Assembly: GCA_963717255.1 (NCBI GenBank) | Contig: CAVQVT010000013.1 | Coordinates: 96,760 to 160,759 of the forward strand | Length of the DNA: 64,000 nucleotides | Direction of reading: 5' to 3' | From: an uncultured Chloroflexia bacterium | Lineage (GTDB): Bacteria; Chloroflexota; Limnocylindria; Limnocylindrales; CSP1-4 | Part shown: in pieces, positions 45,626 to 56,013 of the stretch | How positions within the stretch are numbered: the first letter of the stretch is position 1 | Layout: the number at the start of each line of letters is the position of its first letter | Notes under the pieces: generated by a model | The model's database searches: none | What the model was told of the DNA's origin: nothing | Seen by the model: the letters and a program-made list of their open reading frames with translations, nothing else | Position numbers and translations under genes: made by a program

Positions 45626-46678
45626 ATGGACGGCGAGGGCACATCCGGGCCCGGCACGACCCCCGGGCCCGGCCCCAGCTCGGCCCCCGGGCCCGCTCCC
45701 GCGACGCCGGCGGAGGTGAAGGCCGTCGAGGAGCAGTTCCTGGGCCACGTCGTCGACGCCCCGGAGGCGGGCGGGTTCAACCCCCATGGGGCGCAGCCGG
45801 GAGGCGCGGCGCCATCGTCGGCGACGCCACCGACGGTGGACGACGTCGCGGCCTATGTCGGCCTCCTGGAGTTGAGCCAGGCCGGTGCTCCCGTGCCCGC
45901 CGCCGGTCCGATCGGCAGCGTGCGGCGCCTGCGGACGTTGACAGTGGTGACGGCGGTGGTGGGGGGATGCGGCGCCATCCTCCTGATCCTTGCCCTCCTG
46001 GCGACTCGCCCCGGCGGCGGTGCTCCGGGCGGCGGGTCGGCGACGGGTGCGGGCGGTGCGGAAGCGCCCGCCCAGCAAGGCGATGCGGCACCGCCGGCCG
46101 TCGACGGGGCCCAGCCCGGAGCCGGGGGCGACGGGGGCGGCGCGGCGCAGCCCGTCGACGAGCAGCCTGCGGGCGCTGCGATCCCCGCGAGCTGCCTCGT
46201 GCCCCAGGGCGGGGCGCTGGATCTCGAGCTCACGGACGTCTCGTGGGTGGAGGAAGAGGATGGCCTCAGCGCTTCGTGGGACGTCCTCGTCCACAACCGC
46301 GACAGCGAGACGTTCACCGTCTTCCTCCACCGGAACGCCGACGCGAACGCGGCGACGCGGGCGAACAAGTGGGTGGGTCCCCCGGTCGACTGGGACGTCG
46401 AGGGCTACTACCTCGTCGCCCCCGACCCGGAGGCGCCGGCGATCAACAGCTGGTCCGGCGGCGTGCACACCTCGGTCGAGCCGGGGTTGCCCACTCTCTG
46501 CTCGTGGGAGGCCGTCGACCGACTGGTCGCGGTGTACGACCGACCGGAGTGCAGCGCCGACCTGTGGGCCCAGCTCACGGCCGCGCCCGATGCCGCCGGC
46601 CGGGAGGCGTTGATGCGTCCACTCGCGATCGACATGCCCGCACCGGAGCAGATGAAGTCGTTCGAGTGCCCCCAGTAG
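45626..46678 (+). CDS. Single-TM hypothetical protein with Cys-containing extracellular domain
   Basis: Pro/Gly-rich N-terminus, one TM, Gly/Ala linker, four Cys in the C-terminal domain. Confidence 0.65.
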   Translation: MDGEGTSGPGTTPGPGPSSAPGPAPATPAEVKAVEEQFLGHVVDAPEAGGFNPHGAQPGGAAPSSATPPTVDDVAAYVGLLELSQAGAPVPAAGPIGSVRRLRTLTVVTAVVGGCGAILLILALLATRPGGGAPGGGSATGAGGAEAPAQQGDAAPPAVDGAQPGAGGDGGGAAQPVDEQPAGAAIPASCLVPQGGALDLELTDVSWVEEEDGLSASWDVLVHNRDSETFTVFLHRNADANAATRANKWVGPPVDWDVEGYYLVAPDPEAPAINSWSGGVHTSVEPGLPTLCSWEAVDRLVAVYDRPECSADLWAQLTAAPDAAGREALMRPLAIDMPAPEQMKSFECPQ

Positions 46679-46695
46679 GTCGTCGGGGCGAGGTG

Positions 46696-48045
46696 ATGGC
46701 GATGGGATCGAGGTCCGCCCGCCGGCGCGCCGGCGCCTGCCTGCTCACGGTCACGCTCGTGACCTCGGGCTGCATCGGTGGCGAGACGACGCCGGCCCCC
46801 GTGGTCCCGACGCCGGTCGCCGTGGACGGCTTCACGGGCTCACCTGGGGGCGGCGGCGGGCTCGCCCCGGCCGCGGGACAGCTGACGACCGGGATGGCCG
46901 GCGACGGGTCCCTGGGACCGCCCGGCTGGGTGCAGCCGGGCATGCGGCTCACCTGGTACGGCGCCGCCGCATCGGTCGCCCAGAGCTCCTACACGTACGT
47001 CGAGGACGAGAACGGGACGTGGGAGGACCCCACCACCGGCAAGCGCTACCGACGGACAGACGAGTCGGGCGAGGACATGCCGACCGCCGCCGGCGAGGCG
47101 TACACCGAGACCGACGTCATCGCCGTCGAGGGCGGCGACGTCGTGCTCGTGAACACGATGTACAGCATCGACCTGCTCGCCCGGCAGCTCGTCCTCAACC
47201 CGCTCGGGGGCGGGCGGTCCCCCGGTGTCCTCGTGGACGGCGCGTGGGTGAACCCCGACCTGCTCGCATCGGTCGCGGCGACCGGGTACGAGGGCTACCA
47301 GATCCTCCGCGGGGACTACACGCTCGATGGCAGCACGTACGCCGCGGTCAGCTTCGTGAGCTCCGGCCCCGGCGCGTACCAGGCCTCCACCTTCGACACC
47401 GCGAGCGGCGTGCTCCTGCGGACGAACACGAGCACGGAGGGGGCGGCCTCCCCGGTCCGTGGGCCGCTCGACGATCCCCAGGGCAACGTCCAGCTCTCCA
47501 ACACGCGCCTGGTCGGAGCCCGGCAGCGATCGCTCCCGGGGATGACGGCACCGGTGCCCTGGTGGGTGGCGCCGGGCGGCCAGCTCGTCTACTCGGGCTC
47601 GTATACCGCCACCAACCCGCTCGACCCGTCCTCGGGCCCGTGGGTCTTCCCGATGGAGTCCACCGTGACCTTCCAGGACGTCGGGACCACGTGGGCGACG
47701 GTCGCGAGCCGCACGGTCACGGACCTCGGCGGGTCGCCCCAGGCCAGCGAGGGGACGAGCGCCACCGGCCCCACGGGGCTCTACTGGTACGACCCGGCGT
47801 CGCTCGCGGCGATGAGTCCCGGCGACCTGCTCGACGAGGACCCGGTCACCGGCGCCCGCACCTCCGTCGAGGCCGTCGGGCCGGGCGCGAGCGGGACCGT
47901 CGCGACGATCCTCACCGAGCTGAACGGCGTGACGATCCGGACCGGCTACGACGTGGGCACCGGCGTCCTCGTCTCGCTCGAGCTCGTCCAGGCCGTCACG
48001 GGCGGCACGGTCTCGCTCCAGCTCGCGTCCGGGCTGCCGGGGTAG
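46696..48045 (+). CDS. Hypothetical lipoprotein with two tandem homologous beta-rich domains
   Basis: TSGC lipobox; motifs occur twice (P.WV.PG..L.Y; W..P..LA; (F/Y)D..(S/T)GVL). Confidence 0.7.
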   Translation: MAMGSRSARRRAGACLLTVTLVTSGCIGGETTPAPVVPTPVAVDGFTGSPGGGGGLAPAAGQLTTGMAGDGSLGPPGWVQPGMRLTWYGAAASVAQSSYTYVEDENGTWEDPTTGKRYRRTDESGEDMPTAAGEAYTETDVIAVEGGDVVLVNTMYSIDLLARQLVLNPLGGGRSPGVLVDGAWVNPDLLASVAATGYEGYQILRGDYTLDGSTYAAVSFVSSGPGAYQASTFDTASGVLLRTNTSTEGAASPVRGPLDDPQGNVQLSNTRLVGARQRSLPGMTAPVPWWVAPGGQLVYSGSYTATNPLDPSSGPWVFPMESTVTFQDVGTTWATVASRTVTDLGGSPQASEGTSATGPTGLYWYDPASLAAMSPGDLLDEDPVTGARTSVEAVGPGASGTVATILTELNGVTIRTGYDVGTGVLVSLELVQAVTGGTVSLQLASGLPG

Positions 48046-48115
48046 GCGGCGCGGCGCCGGATCCGCGGGTCGCCCCGGCGGGACCGCCGAGCCGGGACGT
48101 GCCTCTGCGCCCGCC

Positions 48116-49678
48116 CTACCCCCGGTGGCGTCGCGCGTTGACCCGGCGGCCGCGGCCCGGACCCTCGCCGCTCGCACCGGCCGGGAACGCGCCGGGCAGG
48201 GCCTCGGCCGCCGGGTCGGGGGCGGGCGGCAGGACCGGCAGCTCCGTCTGCTCCTCGAGGCCGCCCAGGATGATGCGCCGCATCTCCGCCTCGACGGCCG
48301 GGTCGGTCTCGATGGGTCGATAGCGGGCGAGGCGGCGATCCACCTCGTCACAGGCCCGGGCGTACGTGTCCTTGCCGCCGGCCCTGAGCCAACCCTCGCG
48401 GTTGTCCCGCGTGACCACGGGCGACGGCAGGTGGAGCTCGGACGGCCAGTGGGTCGTCGTGTGGTCCGCCATGATCAGGTGCTGGTCCGCCATGAGGCGG
48501 TCGACCAGCGCCTGGACCGGGAGGTCGTCGGCGACCCTGATCTCGCGCACGAATCGGAGCGCCTGCCCGCACATCTCGTCGTCGAAGACGAGCTTGGGCA
48601 GGCTGAAGACCAACAGGAAGTCGAGCATCCCCGGGCCGCTGACGCTGTTCACGCCCGCAAGCGCCGCGATGAGCGCGCTCCCGAACGTCTCCGCGCCGGC
48701 CTGCGCGTCGAGGATCGGCGAATCGGAGAGCGCCATGTACGACTGGCACGGCAGGCCCAGCGCCTTGGCGACCGCGACGTAGGCGGCGTCGAGCTGGATC
48801 GCCTCGATGGCCGCCATCGGCGAGCTCGCCACCTTCATGTGGAAGGTCGCCGGCGCGCCGCCGAACAGGACCGGGGCGCCGGGGCGGATGACCTGGGCCA
48901 TGGTGATGCCGGCCAGGACGTCCACGGTGTGGAAGACGGTCGCTCCCACGGTCGTGACCGGCGCGACCAGGCCCATCAACGTGACGGGCACGATCTCGAC
49001 CGGGATCCCGGCCTCCACGCAGTCGATGAGGTTCTGGCACGAGTCCTCGGAGTAGCGGAAGTTGCCGGTCGCCGTGATCGTGAAGATGGACATCGGCCGT
49101 GCCAGGAGGTCGGCCCGGTCCGCCCGGAAGAGCTGCATCAGCTCCACCATCCGCGGCACGCCGTGCTCGGTGAACGCACCGGACACGACCGGCTTCTTCG
49201 AGTTGGTCAGGACCATGGAGAGGCGCCAGGCGTCGGAGACCTGCGCCTCGATGTCGGCGTTGGTCGAGAACGCCGTCGCCAGGTAGGCGATGTGGTCGAG
49301 GCCGTCGCCGAGGCGGACGTACTCCACGAAGTCGGTCGAGTCCGCCAGCCGGAGGGCTCCGGTCCGGTGGTCGAGCCACTTGAGGCCCGACGAGCCCGGC
49401 ACGAAGTGGACGCGGTCGCCGCCGAGGTCGGCGTGCGGATCGCCGTCGCGGTCGTACAGCGTGAACGACCGGGGGGCGGAGGAGATGGCCGCCTCGACGA
49501 CGTCGCGCGGGAAGAGGACCCGGTCGCCGTTCGCGCTCGTCGGCAGGCCCGCCTCGATCAGGCGCTGGCGCATCCCGGGACCGCGGATCTCCATCCCGGT
49601 CTCGGCCAGCACGCGCATGGCCTCGTCCAGGATCCGCCCGATGAGGTCGTCCGACAGGACGCGGATGGTGGGTCGCAT
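48116..49678 (-). CDS. MttB-superfamily (trimethylamine:corrinoid) methyltransferase, non-pyrrolysine
   Basis: [48 protein letters not shown]; no in-frame TAG. Confidence 0.85.
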   Translation of the reverse strand: MRPTIRVLSDDLIGRILDEAMRVLAETGMEIRGPGMRQRLIEAGLPTSANGDRVLFPRDVVEAAISSAPRSFTLYDRDGDPHADLGGDRVHFVPGSSGLKWLDHRTGALRLADSTDFVEYVRLGDGLDHIAYLATAFSTNADIEAQVSDAWRLSMVLTNSKKPVVSGAFTEHGVPRMVELMQLFRADRADLLARPMSIFTITATGNFRYSEDSCQNLIDCVEAGIPVEIVPVTLMGLVAPVTTVGATVFHTVDVLAGITMAQVIRPGAPVLFGGAPATFHMKVASSPMAAIEAIQLDAAYVAVAKALGLPCQSYMALSDSPILDAQAGAETFGSALIAALAGVNSVSGPGMLDFLLVFSLPKLVFDDEMCGQALRFVREIRVADDLPVQALVDRLMADQHLIMADHTTTHWPSELHLPSPVVTRDNREGWLRAGGKDTYARACDEVDRRLARYRPIETDPAVEAEMRRIILGGLEEQTELPVLPPAPDPAAEALPGAFPAGASGEGPGRGRRVNARRHRG

Positions 49679-49776
49679 CAGGCCGGAACCCTACCGCATC
49701 GGCGCCCCGCCGCGCCGCGGGCGTGCCGCGGTCCGTGCCGCACCGCGAGCGGGGCGCCGCCGACGCGGCCCCGCCG

Positions 49777-50833
49777 TCATGCCTCCGCCGCGAGGAGCTC
49801 GCCGCTCGCGGCCTCGAAGTCGGCCCGGAGGGCGGCCTTCCCGGAACGCGTCGAGCCAGGTCGATTCGATCCCGTCGATCGCCAGCCGTGCGAGCGACTC
49901 GACGGAGAACCCGCAGCCCTCCGCCACCGCCCGGTACTCGCCGCCGAGGTCGAGCTCCATCATCGCCGGGTCGTCCGTGTTGATGGTCACCAGGAGGCCG
50001 GCGTCGCGCATCGCCCGGAGCGGGTGCTCCGCCAGCGACGCGTACCGGTTGGCGATGACGACGTTGCTCGTCGGGCAGACGGTGAGCGGGATCCGCTCCG
50101 CCGCGACCCGGCTCACCAGGGCGGGGTCCTCCACGATCGCGATGCCGTGGTCGATCCGCTCGGCCCCGAGCACATCGATCGCCACCCGGATGTTCTCGGG
50201 CCCCACGCCCGCGGCCTCACCCGCATGGCAGGTCCGCCGCAGGCCGAGTCGACGCGCGGCCGCGAACGCCGGCGCGAAGGCCGCCAGGTCCACGCCGAGC
50301 TCCGTGGAATCAGCGCCCACGCCGATCACCCGGCGGGCACGCCCGCTCCGCAGCAGCTCGCCCATCCGCTCGACCAGGTCGAGGCCCGCCGCCGGCCCGT
50401 ACGCCTTGTCGATGCCGGCGATGAGCATGCAGCGCGCCTGCGTGACGGCTTCGGCCGCCTCGATCCCCTCGGTCAGTCCCGCGACGATCTCCCCGAGGTC
50501 CTGCCCTCCGACGAGGTGGCGCGCGGGCGTGAAGAACATCTCGCGGTAGCGGAGCCCGTGCGCCGCGGCGTCGACGATCGACTCGTAGGCGATCCTCGCC
50601 CAGTCCTCCCGGGAGACGAGGGTCTCCTGGACCAGCCAGAAGATCGCCAGGAAGGAGTCGAGCGAGTCGTACCGATAGAGCTGGCGCGGGTCGTCGACTG
50701 GGAGCGGGCGGCCGGCCTTCCGGGCGAGCTCGACGACGGTCTCGGGACGGACAGTACCCTCGACATGGCAGTGCAGCTCGACCTTAGGGATCCTGTCGTA
50801 GATGTCGTCGATGTCGAGTCGGTCCCCGGCCAC
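49777..50833 (-). CDS. add: Adenosine/adenine deaminase family; apparent +1 frameshift near 49845
   Basis: PKVELHCHVEG, HAGE, ERIDHG, CPTSN, NTDDP. Removing one base gives the tail KAALRADFEAA..* ending at 49777; otherwise the ORF runs to 49691. Confidence 0.85.
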
Positions 50834-50900
50834 CGCGTTCCCCTCCCATTCCGGCCAGCATGCGCCCGTGCCGACATTCTGCCGCTCCATCCTGCGGGAC

Positions 50901-50948
50901 GTGGAGGCGCGACGCCGCGACCGGGTGGAGGCGCGACGCCGCGACCGG
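50901..50948. repeat. 24-bp tandem duplication
   Basis: gtggaggcgcgacgccgcgaccgg x2. Confidence 0.85.
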
Positions 50949-50980
50949 GCGGAGGAGGCGCCGAGGCCTGAGCGTCCCTC

Positions 50981-51445
50981 TCAGGCGTGGATCGCGTCGA
51001 GCGTGATCCGGCGGGGAGTGATGCGGCAGATCACCCGCGTGTCGAGCGTCTCCTGCTCCGCCGGGTAGATGAACCCGTAGTAGCGCGGGTGGTCCGTGTA
51101 CCGCCGGGTGAGCATGTCGCAATGCTCGACGGCGCCGTCGGTGACGAGCTCGGCGTCGCCGCGGATCTGGATGAACCGCCCCGTGTTCTCCGGGTCCACC
51201 ACGAGCAGACTGCATCGCGGATCGCGCAGGAGGTCGCGGCCCTTCCGGCGCTGGAGGGTCGTGTTCACTCGGGCAGACGCGCCGTCGTGGTCGACCCAGA
51301 CGAGGCTCGATCGAGGCCGACCGTCCGGTCCGAGGGTCGTGAGGACGCCGCAGATCGGCCGGGTGAGGAGGTCGCGGTGGGACTCCGGGAGCGCGACGGG
51401 CCCGGAGGCGGGAAGGGGGGCCGACCCGGCGACGGTGGCGCTCAT
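50981..51445 (-). CDS. PPOX-class (putatively F420-dependent) oxidoreductase
   Basis: LTTLGPDGRP.SSLVW, VNT...R.K....RDPR, RVI.RITP. Confidence 0.85.
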   Translation of the reverse strand: MSATVAGSAPLPASGPVALPESHRDLLTRPICGVLTTLGPDGRPRSSLVWVDHDGASARVNTTLQRRKGRDLLRDPRCSLLVVDPENTGRFIQIRGDAELVTDGAVEHCDMLTRRYTDHPRYYGFIYPAEQETLDTRVICRITPRRITLDAIHA

Positions 51446-51915
51446 CGTCCATCCTCAGACCCCGCGGCCTCGAGCGCCACGACGTGGTCCGGCCGGATCC
51501 GACACAGGACGGGCGTCTCTGTCGCGGCGAACTCGGCGGAGATGCAGTCGCCGAAGTACCGCGCCGGACGGCCCATGTACGCCGAGGCGAGGCCGTCGAG
51601 GTGCTCGGCTGCGCCGTCCTCGGTCATCTCCACGACCGTCCCCTCGACCTCGAGGTAGCGCAGCGGCCGGCGCGGGTCGTAGCACAGGAGCGTGACGCGC
51701 GGGTCGCGCCGCATGTTCTTCTCCTTCGCGAACCCGCGCATCGTGTTCACGCGGACGAACTCGCCATCGAAGTCGCACCACACGACCGACGTCTGCGGCG
51801 CGCCGTCCTTCATGAGCGTCGTCAGGGCCGCGACCGGCGGGTACTGGACCAGGTCCCGGTGGGACAGCGGGATCTCGCCGTCAGCGAGGCCGTGCAGCAA
51901 GCCGATGGTCGGCAT
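51442..51915 (-). CDS. PPOX-class (putatively F420-dependent) oxidoreductase, paralog
   Basis: LTTLMKDGAPQTSVVW, KEKNMRRDPRV, RYLEVEG. Confidence 0.85.
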   Translation of the reverse strand: MPTIGLLHGLADGEIPLSHRDLVQYPPVAALTTLMKDGAPQTSVVWCDFDGEFVRVNTMRGFAKEKNMRRDPRVTLLCYDPRRPLRYLEVEGTVVEMTEDGAAEHLDGLASAYMGRPARYFGDCISAEFAATETPVLCRIRPDHVVALEAAGSEDGR

Positions 51916-52750
51916 CGGTCGCCTCCTCCGTCGCCTCGCGCCGCATCCGCTCCAAGGCGTCGGGCCACGGCCGCTCGCGAGGCAGCTCCGCAGGGAGCGC
52001 CTGCCCGGTGAGCCAGGCCTCGACCATCGCCACATGGAGGTCCGTCCGGCGCGCCAGCCACCCGTGCCCCAGGCCCGGCGCATAGCGCGCCTCGGCGTGG
52101 GGCATGAGCGCTGCCTGTGCCGCGTTCGACGGGCGGATCGCCGCCTCCTTCTCGCCAGCGGTCAGCAGGGTGGGGGACGGCACGCTCAGCTCGACGCGCG
52201 ACACGCCTCCCTTGAAGCCCTCGACGAAGGCGCGGCGGAAGGCGCGCGGCGACGCGGCCCGGAGGTCGGCCCGTCCGGCCTCGTCCATCCCGATGATCCG
52301 GCTGAAGAGAGCCACCACGGGACGCGTGTGCAGGAACGGGGAGACGAGCACGATCCCCAGCAGGAAGAGAGAGCCGCCCCGCGATGTGAGCACGCCGGCG
52401 CAGTCGATGACCGCGCGGTCCACGAGGTCGGGATCGCGGGCCAGGAGCCGGTGGGCCACGCCGCCGCCCCAGGAGAGACCGACGACGCTGGCGCGTCCGG
52501 CGGGGACACGCGACCGGATGAGGTCCGCGACGAGGTCCGCGGTCTGCTCGACGGTCAGCGGGTCGAGGCCGACGCTCCGACCGAAGCCCGGGAGGTCGGG
52601 CGCCAGGCAATGGAAGCGGTCCTGCAGGCGGGCCATGTGGGCGCGCCACATGAGGCCGCTCGCGCCGGCGCCGTGGAGGAAGACGACGGCCGGGGCGCCC
52701 GGAGTGCCGGCCTCGTGGATGTACATCTCGGTGGCGTGCAGCGCGGGCAT
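51881..52750 (-). CDS. Alpha/beta hydrolase
   Basis: VFLHGAG, APDLPGFG, nucleophile elbow GLSWG, GEKE, GLGHGW. Confidence 0.88.
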   Translation of the reverse strand: MPALHATEMYIHEAGTPGAPAVVFLHGAGASGLMWRAHMARLQDRFHCLAPDLPGFGRSVGLDPLTVEQTADLVADLIRSRVPAGRASVVGLSWGGGVAHRLLARDPDLVDRAVIDCAGVLTSRGGSLFLLGIVLVSPFLHTRPVVALFSRIIGMDEAGRADLRAASPRAFRRAFVEGFKGGVSRVELSVPSPTLLTAGEKEAAIRPSNAAQAALMPHAEARYAPGLGHGWLARRTDLHVAMVEAWLTGQALPAELPRERPWPDALERMRREATEEATDADHRLAARPR

Positions 52751-53220
52751 CACCGGCCTCCCATCGCGAGCCAGGTCATGGTGGTCGGTTCGGGCTCGGG
52801 CGTCACGGGCCGTCCGGCCTCGGGACCGCGAGCCGTGCGGCGAAGGACGAGCCGTGCGGGGCGCCAGCGTCCGACGACCACGGCCCAGAGGAGGACCACG
52901 TCGATCAGGAGGCCGGGCACGGTCCACGGCGTGGCGAAGATGACGAGGAGGATCGCGGAGGCGACGGACCCGACGACGACGAGCGGCCGCCAGAGGCGCG
53001 CCGGCAGCGGGCCGACCGCGGCGACCGCAGCGAAGAGGAACGCGAGGAATGCCACGAGCACGAGGGCGGCACCGTCGTCCCGGGCGCTGCCGGAGGCGAG
53101 GCCGAGCAGGGTGATCGGCCACGGATCGCCCTCCTGGAAGGGCCAGCTGGGGCCGCAGACGTAGCCGATGTGGATCGAGCCGTGGACGACGAGGAAGGCG
53201 GCGACGAGGAGGACCATCAC
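52750..53220 (-). CDS. 4-TM membrane protein (HGSIH motif)
   Basis: Coupled start/stop overlaps; same HGxIH pattern as 14729-15139. Confidence 0.75.
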   Translation of the reverse strand: MMVLLVAAFLVVHGSIHIGYVCGPSWPFQEGDPWPITLLGLASGSARDDGAALVLVAFLAFLFAAVAAVGPLPARLWRPLVVVGSVASAILLVIFATPWTVPGLLIDVVLLWAVVVGRWRPARLVLRRTARGPEAGRPVTPEPEPTTMTWLAMGGR

Positions 53221-53465
53221 GAGACTCCCGGGCGGGACGCGGAGTGGGGAAGGGCGAAGGTCTCGATGGAGACGAGCGACAGCCCGAGGTCGCGGACCGC
53301 CACGATCAGCCCGTGGAGGGCCGCCTGGTCGGTGAGCTCGCCGGTCAGGTCCGTGGTGCCGTCGGCCTGCGGCGCGACGGCGAGGCCGCCGAGGACCGCC
53401 GACCAGCCGGGGGCCAGCTCGCCCTCGACGCGGACGCGGACCGTGTAGCGGGTCGCCCGATCCAT
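53217..53465 (-). CDS. Small conserved hypothetical protein (ACT-like)
   Basis: Y.VRVEG.L...WS...T.L.G.L.DQAALHGL...VRDLGL.LVS; GGAGG RBS. Confidence 0.8.
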   Translation of the reverse strand: MDRATRYTVRVRVEGELAPGWSAVLGGLAVAPQADGTTDLTGELTDQAALHGLIVAVRDLGLSLVSIETFALPHSASRPGVS

Positions 53466-53511
53466 CTCGATCCTCCGCCTGCTCCGGCACGCTCGCCGGA
53501 GACCTGCGGTC

Positions 53512-53546
53512 AGCCTGCGGGTCAACCCCCTCCGCCCGCATCCATC
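53512..53546 (-). promoter_or_regulatory. Putative LuxR/MalT-activated promoter (GATGGATG-N21-CAGGCT)
   Basis: Same architecture as 55922-55956. Confidence 0.55.
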
Positions 53547-53699
53547 GGCGGATGGAAAGTGCTGGGTGGATCCGGCGTGGCAGCGCTGCGGTGCGGATCC
53601 CGGGTGGCGCTCCCGTCGAACGGCACTGGTCCGCCGCGTCCGCCGTGCCACACTGCCTGGTGCGGCCCACCCCGCAGCTCCTGGAGGCCCGCGATCGCG

Positions 53700-55862
53700 A
53701 TGCCGCTGCCCGAGCGCGACGCCCTGCTCGCGGCGAAGCTCGATGCCCGCGCCCCGGGCGCCAGGACGGTCGATCGCGCGCGCCTCCGCGCACTCTTCGA
53801 TGGTGCACCCGACGCGCGGCTCATCCTCGTCGCCGCGCCGGCCGGCTTCGGGAAGACCACGGCACTCGCCGCGTGGCTCGGCTCGTCGGGGCTCCGCTCC
53901 GCGTGGCTCGCGCTCGACCCCCGGGACGACGACCCTGTCCGGTTCGCCCGCGTCCTCGCGGCGGCGGCCGCCCGCGCGGCCGGCGACTCGACTGAGCCAA
54001 CGCGCGTCGATCCATCGCGCCCGTTCGACTCCGAGCTCGCCGTCGGCGCCGTCCTCGACCGGCTCGCCGTCGCCCCGGATCGCGGGGCCGGCCCGCGCGT
54101 CGTGCTCGTCCTCGACGACTACCACGTCATCGGCGACGCTGCGATCCATGGGCTGGTCTCGGAGCTCATCGATCGGCTGCCTCGCGGAGCGATCCTCGCG
54201 ATCGCGACCCGCTCAGACCCGCCCATCCCGCTCGCCCGCCTGCGCGCGCGCGCACAGCTGCTCGAGGTGCGTGCCGAGGATCTCCGCTTCACGGCCGCCG
54301 AGGCGGGTCAGCTGCTGCGGTCCGCGGTCGTGGACCTCGACCCGGGCGAGGTCGCGACGCTGACCGAGCGGACGGAGGGCTGGGCCGCCGTCCTTCGCCT
54401 GGCCGCCATCTCGCTCCGCGGCCGGCGCGACCACGCGGAGCTCGTCGGCAGGTTCGGCGCGACGCACCGCTTCGTCCTCGACTACGTCGTGGAGGAGGTC
54501 CTCGCCGGCCTCCCGCCCGAGACCGAGGAGTTCCTCCTCCGCACGTCGATCCTCGACCGTCTCACGGCGCCGCTGTGCGACGCCGTCACCGGGCTCGCCG
54601 ACGGGCAGGAGCGGCTCGAGGAGCTCGAGCGCGCGAACCTCCTCATCGTCCCGCTCGACGACGAGCGGCGCTGGTACCGATATCACGCGCTCTTCGCCGG
54701 GGTCCTTCGCGCCCGGCTCGGGATGCACCGTTCCAGCGAGGTCGCGGCGCTCCACGGCCGTGCGGCCGCCTGGCACGCGGCGCACGGCGACGACGAGGAG
54801 GCGATCGGCCACGCGTTGGCCGCGGGGGACCTCCCGGCCGTGGTCCGGATGGTCGGCGACGCCTCTCTCCGCCACCTCAACGCCGGTGAGCTGAGCACGG
54901 TCCGGCGCTGGCTCGACGCCCTTCCGGGTGTGGCCGTGAGGCGGGACGCACAGCTCAGCGCCTCGTATGCCTGGTGCATCGTGCTGCCCGGGGAGGTGGC
55001 CGGGGTCGCCGCCCGCGTCGAGGACGCCGAGCGCGCCCTGGCGGAGGGTCCGACGATCGACCCGCCGACCGACGCCGCGATCCGCACCCAGCTCGCGCTC
55101 ATCCGCTCCAGGCTCGCCGACCTCGAGGGGGATCCGGCCGAGGCGATCGCCCAGGCGCGCCTCGCGCGCGACCTGCTGCCGGCCGGGTTGCCGCCCGAGG
55201 CCGAGACGACGCTCCGCGGCGACGCGACCGTCCTGCTCGCACGGGCCCTCGTCGCGGCCGGCGACGCGGATGGCGCCGCGGAGGCCTACGCGGCCTCGCT
55301 GCCCGACCTTCGCGCCGGCGGCAACCTCTTCGCCACCGGCCGTGCCATCGCCGACCTCGCCCGCATCGCGATCGACCGGGGCGACCCGGCGGCGGCCGTG
55401 CGGCTGTGCGAGGGCGAGATCGCCCTCCCGCCCGGGCGGTCGTCGGCGGATGCGAGCGGCGCGGTCTGGATCGCCCTGGCGCGGGCGCGCGCCGAACTCG
55501 GCCAGATCGGGCTGGCCGAGCTCGCGGCGGAGCGCGGGATCGAGGTCGGCGCGCGCGCGGGCGACGCCCAGGTCGTGCGGTCCGCCCGGGCGACCCGCGA
55601 GCGGATCCGCGAGCTCACCGGGGCTGCCGGGCGCCCGCGCGTGTTCGCCGGGCCGGACGGTCCGTTCGAGACGCTGTCGCCGCGGGAGCTGGAGGTCCTC
55701 CGGCTCGTGGCGCTCGGCCGATCGAACGCGGCCATCGCGCGCGAGCTCTTCGTCACCGTCGGGACGGTGAAGTCCCACGTCCACGCCATCTCGGGGAAGC
55801 TCGGCGCCGCCAACCGGGTCGAAGCCGTCGCCCGCGGGCGGGCCCTCGGGATCATCGACTGA
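53700..55862 (+). CDS. MalT-like ATP-dependent LuxR regulator
   Basis: APAGFGKTT, AWLALD..DDDP.RF, VLDDYH, LRF, TEGW, WYRYH.LF, LS.RELEVL HTH. Confidence 0.92.
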   Translation: MPLPERDALLAAKLDARAPGARTVDRARLRALFDGAPDARLILVAAPAGFGKTTALAAWLGSSGLRSAWLALDPRDDDPVRFARVLAAAAARAAGDSTEPTRVDPSRPFDSELAVGAVLDRLAVAPDRGAGPRVVLVLDDYHVIGDAAIHGLVSELIDRLPRGAILAIATRSDPPIPLARLRARAQLLEVRAEDLRFTAAEAGQLLRSAVVDLDPGEVATLTERTEGWAAVLRLAAISLRGRRDHAELVGRFGATHRFVLDYVVEEVLAGLPPETEEFLLRTSILDRLTAPLCDAVTGLADGQERLEELERANLLIVPLDDERRWYRYHALFAGVLRARLGMHRSSEVAALHGRAAAWHAAHGDDEEAIGHALAAGDLPAVVRMVGDASLRHLNAGELSTVRRWLDALPGVAVRRDAQLSASYAWCIVLPGEVAGVAARVEDAERALAEGPTIDPPTDAAIRTQLALIRSRLADLEGDPAEAIAQARLARDLLPAGLPPEAETTLRGDATVLLARALVAAGDADGAAEAYAASLPDLRAGGNLFATGRAIADLARIAIDRGDPAAAVRLCEGEIALPPGRSSADASGAVWIALARARAELGQIGLAELAAERGIEVGARAGDAQVVRSARATRERIRELTGAAGRPRVFAGPDGPFETLSPRELEVLRLVALGRSNAAIARELFVTVGTVKSHVHAISGKLGAANRVEAVARGRALGIID

Positions 55863-55921
55863 TGGCATCCGCCGCGGGTCGCCCGCTCCCTGGACGGGAA
55901 CCAACCCCCGGTCGGTCCTCG

Positions 55922-55956
55922 GATGGATGCGCCGGCCGACGGACCCGGCGCATCGT
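55922..55956 (+). promoter_or_regulatory. Putative LuxR/MalT-activated promoter (GATGGATG-N21-CATCGT)
   Basis: Mirror of 53512-53546; upstream of the serine hydrolase gene. Confidence 0.55.
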
Positions 55957-56013
55957 GACGACGGTCGGCATGAGCCGCAGCGACCGACACCGACCCCGAC
56001 CGGAGAACCGACG

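Noticed and set aside
48116-49678. Pyrrolysine in MttB; selenocysteine in HoxH or the molybdoenzyme
   Set aside because: No in-frame TAG or TGA in these ORFs; the Cys ligands are ordinary codons.
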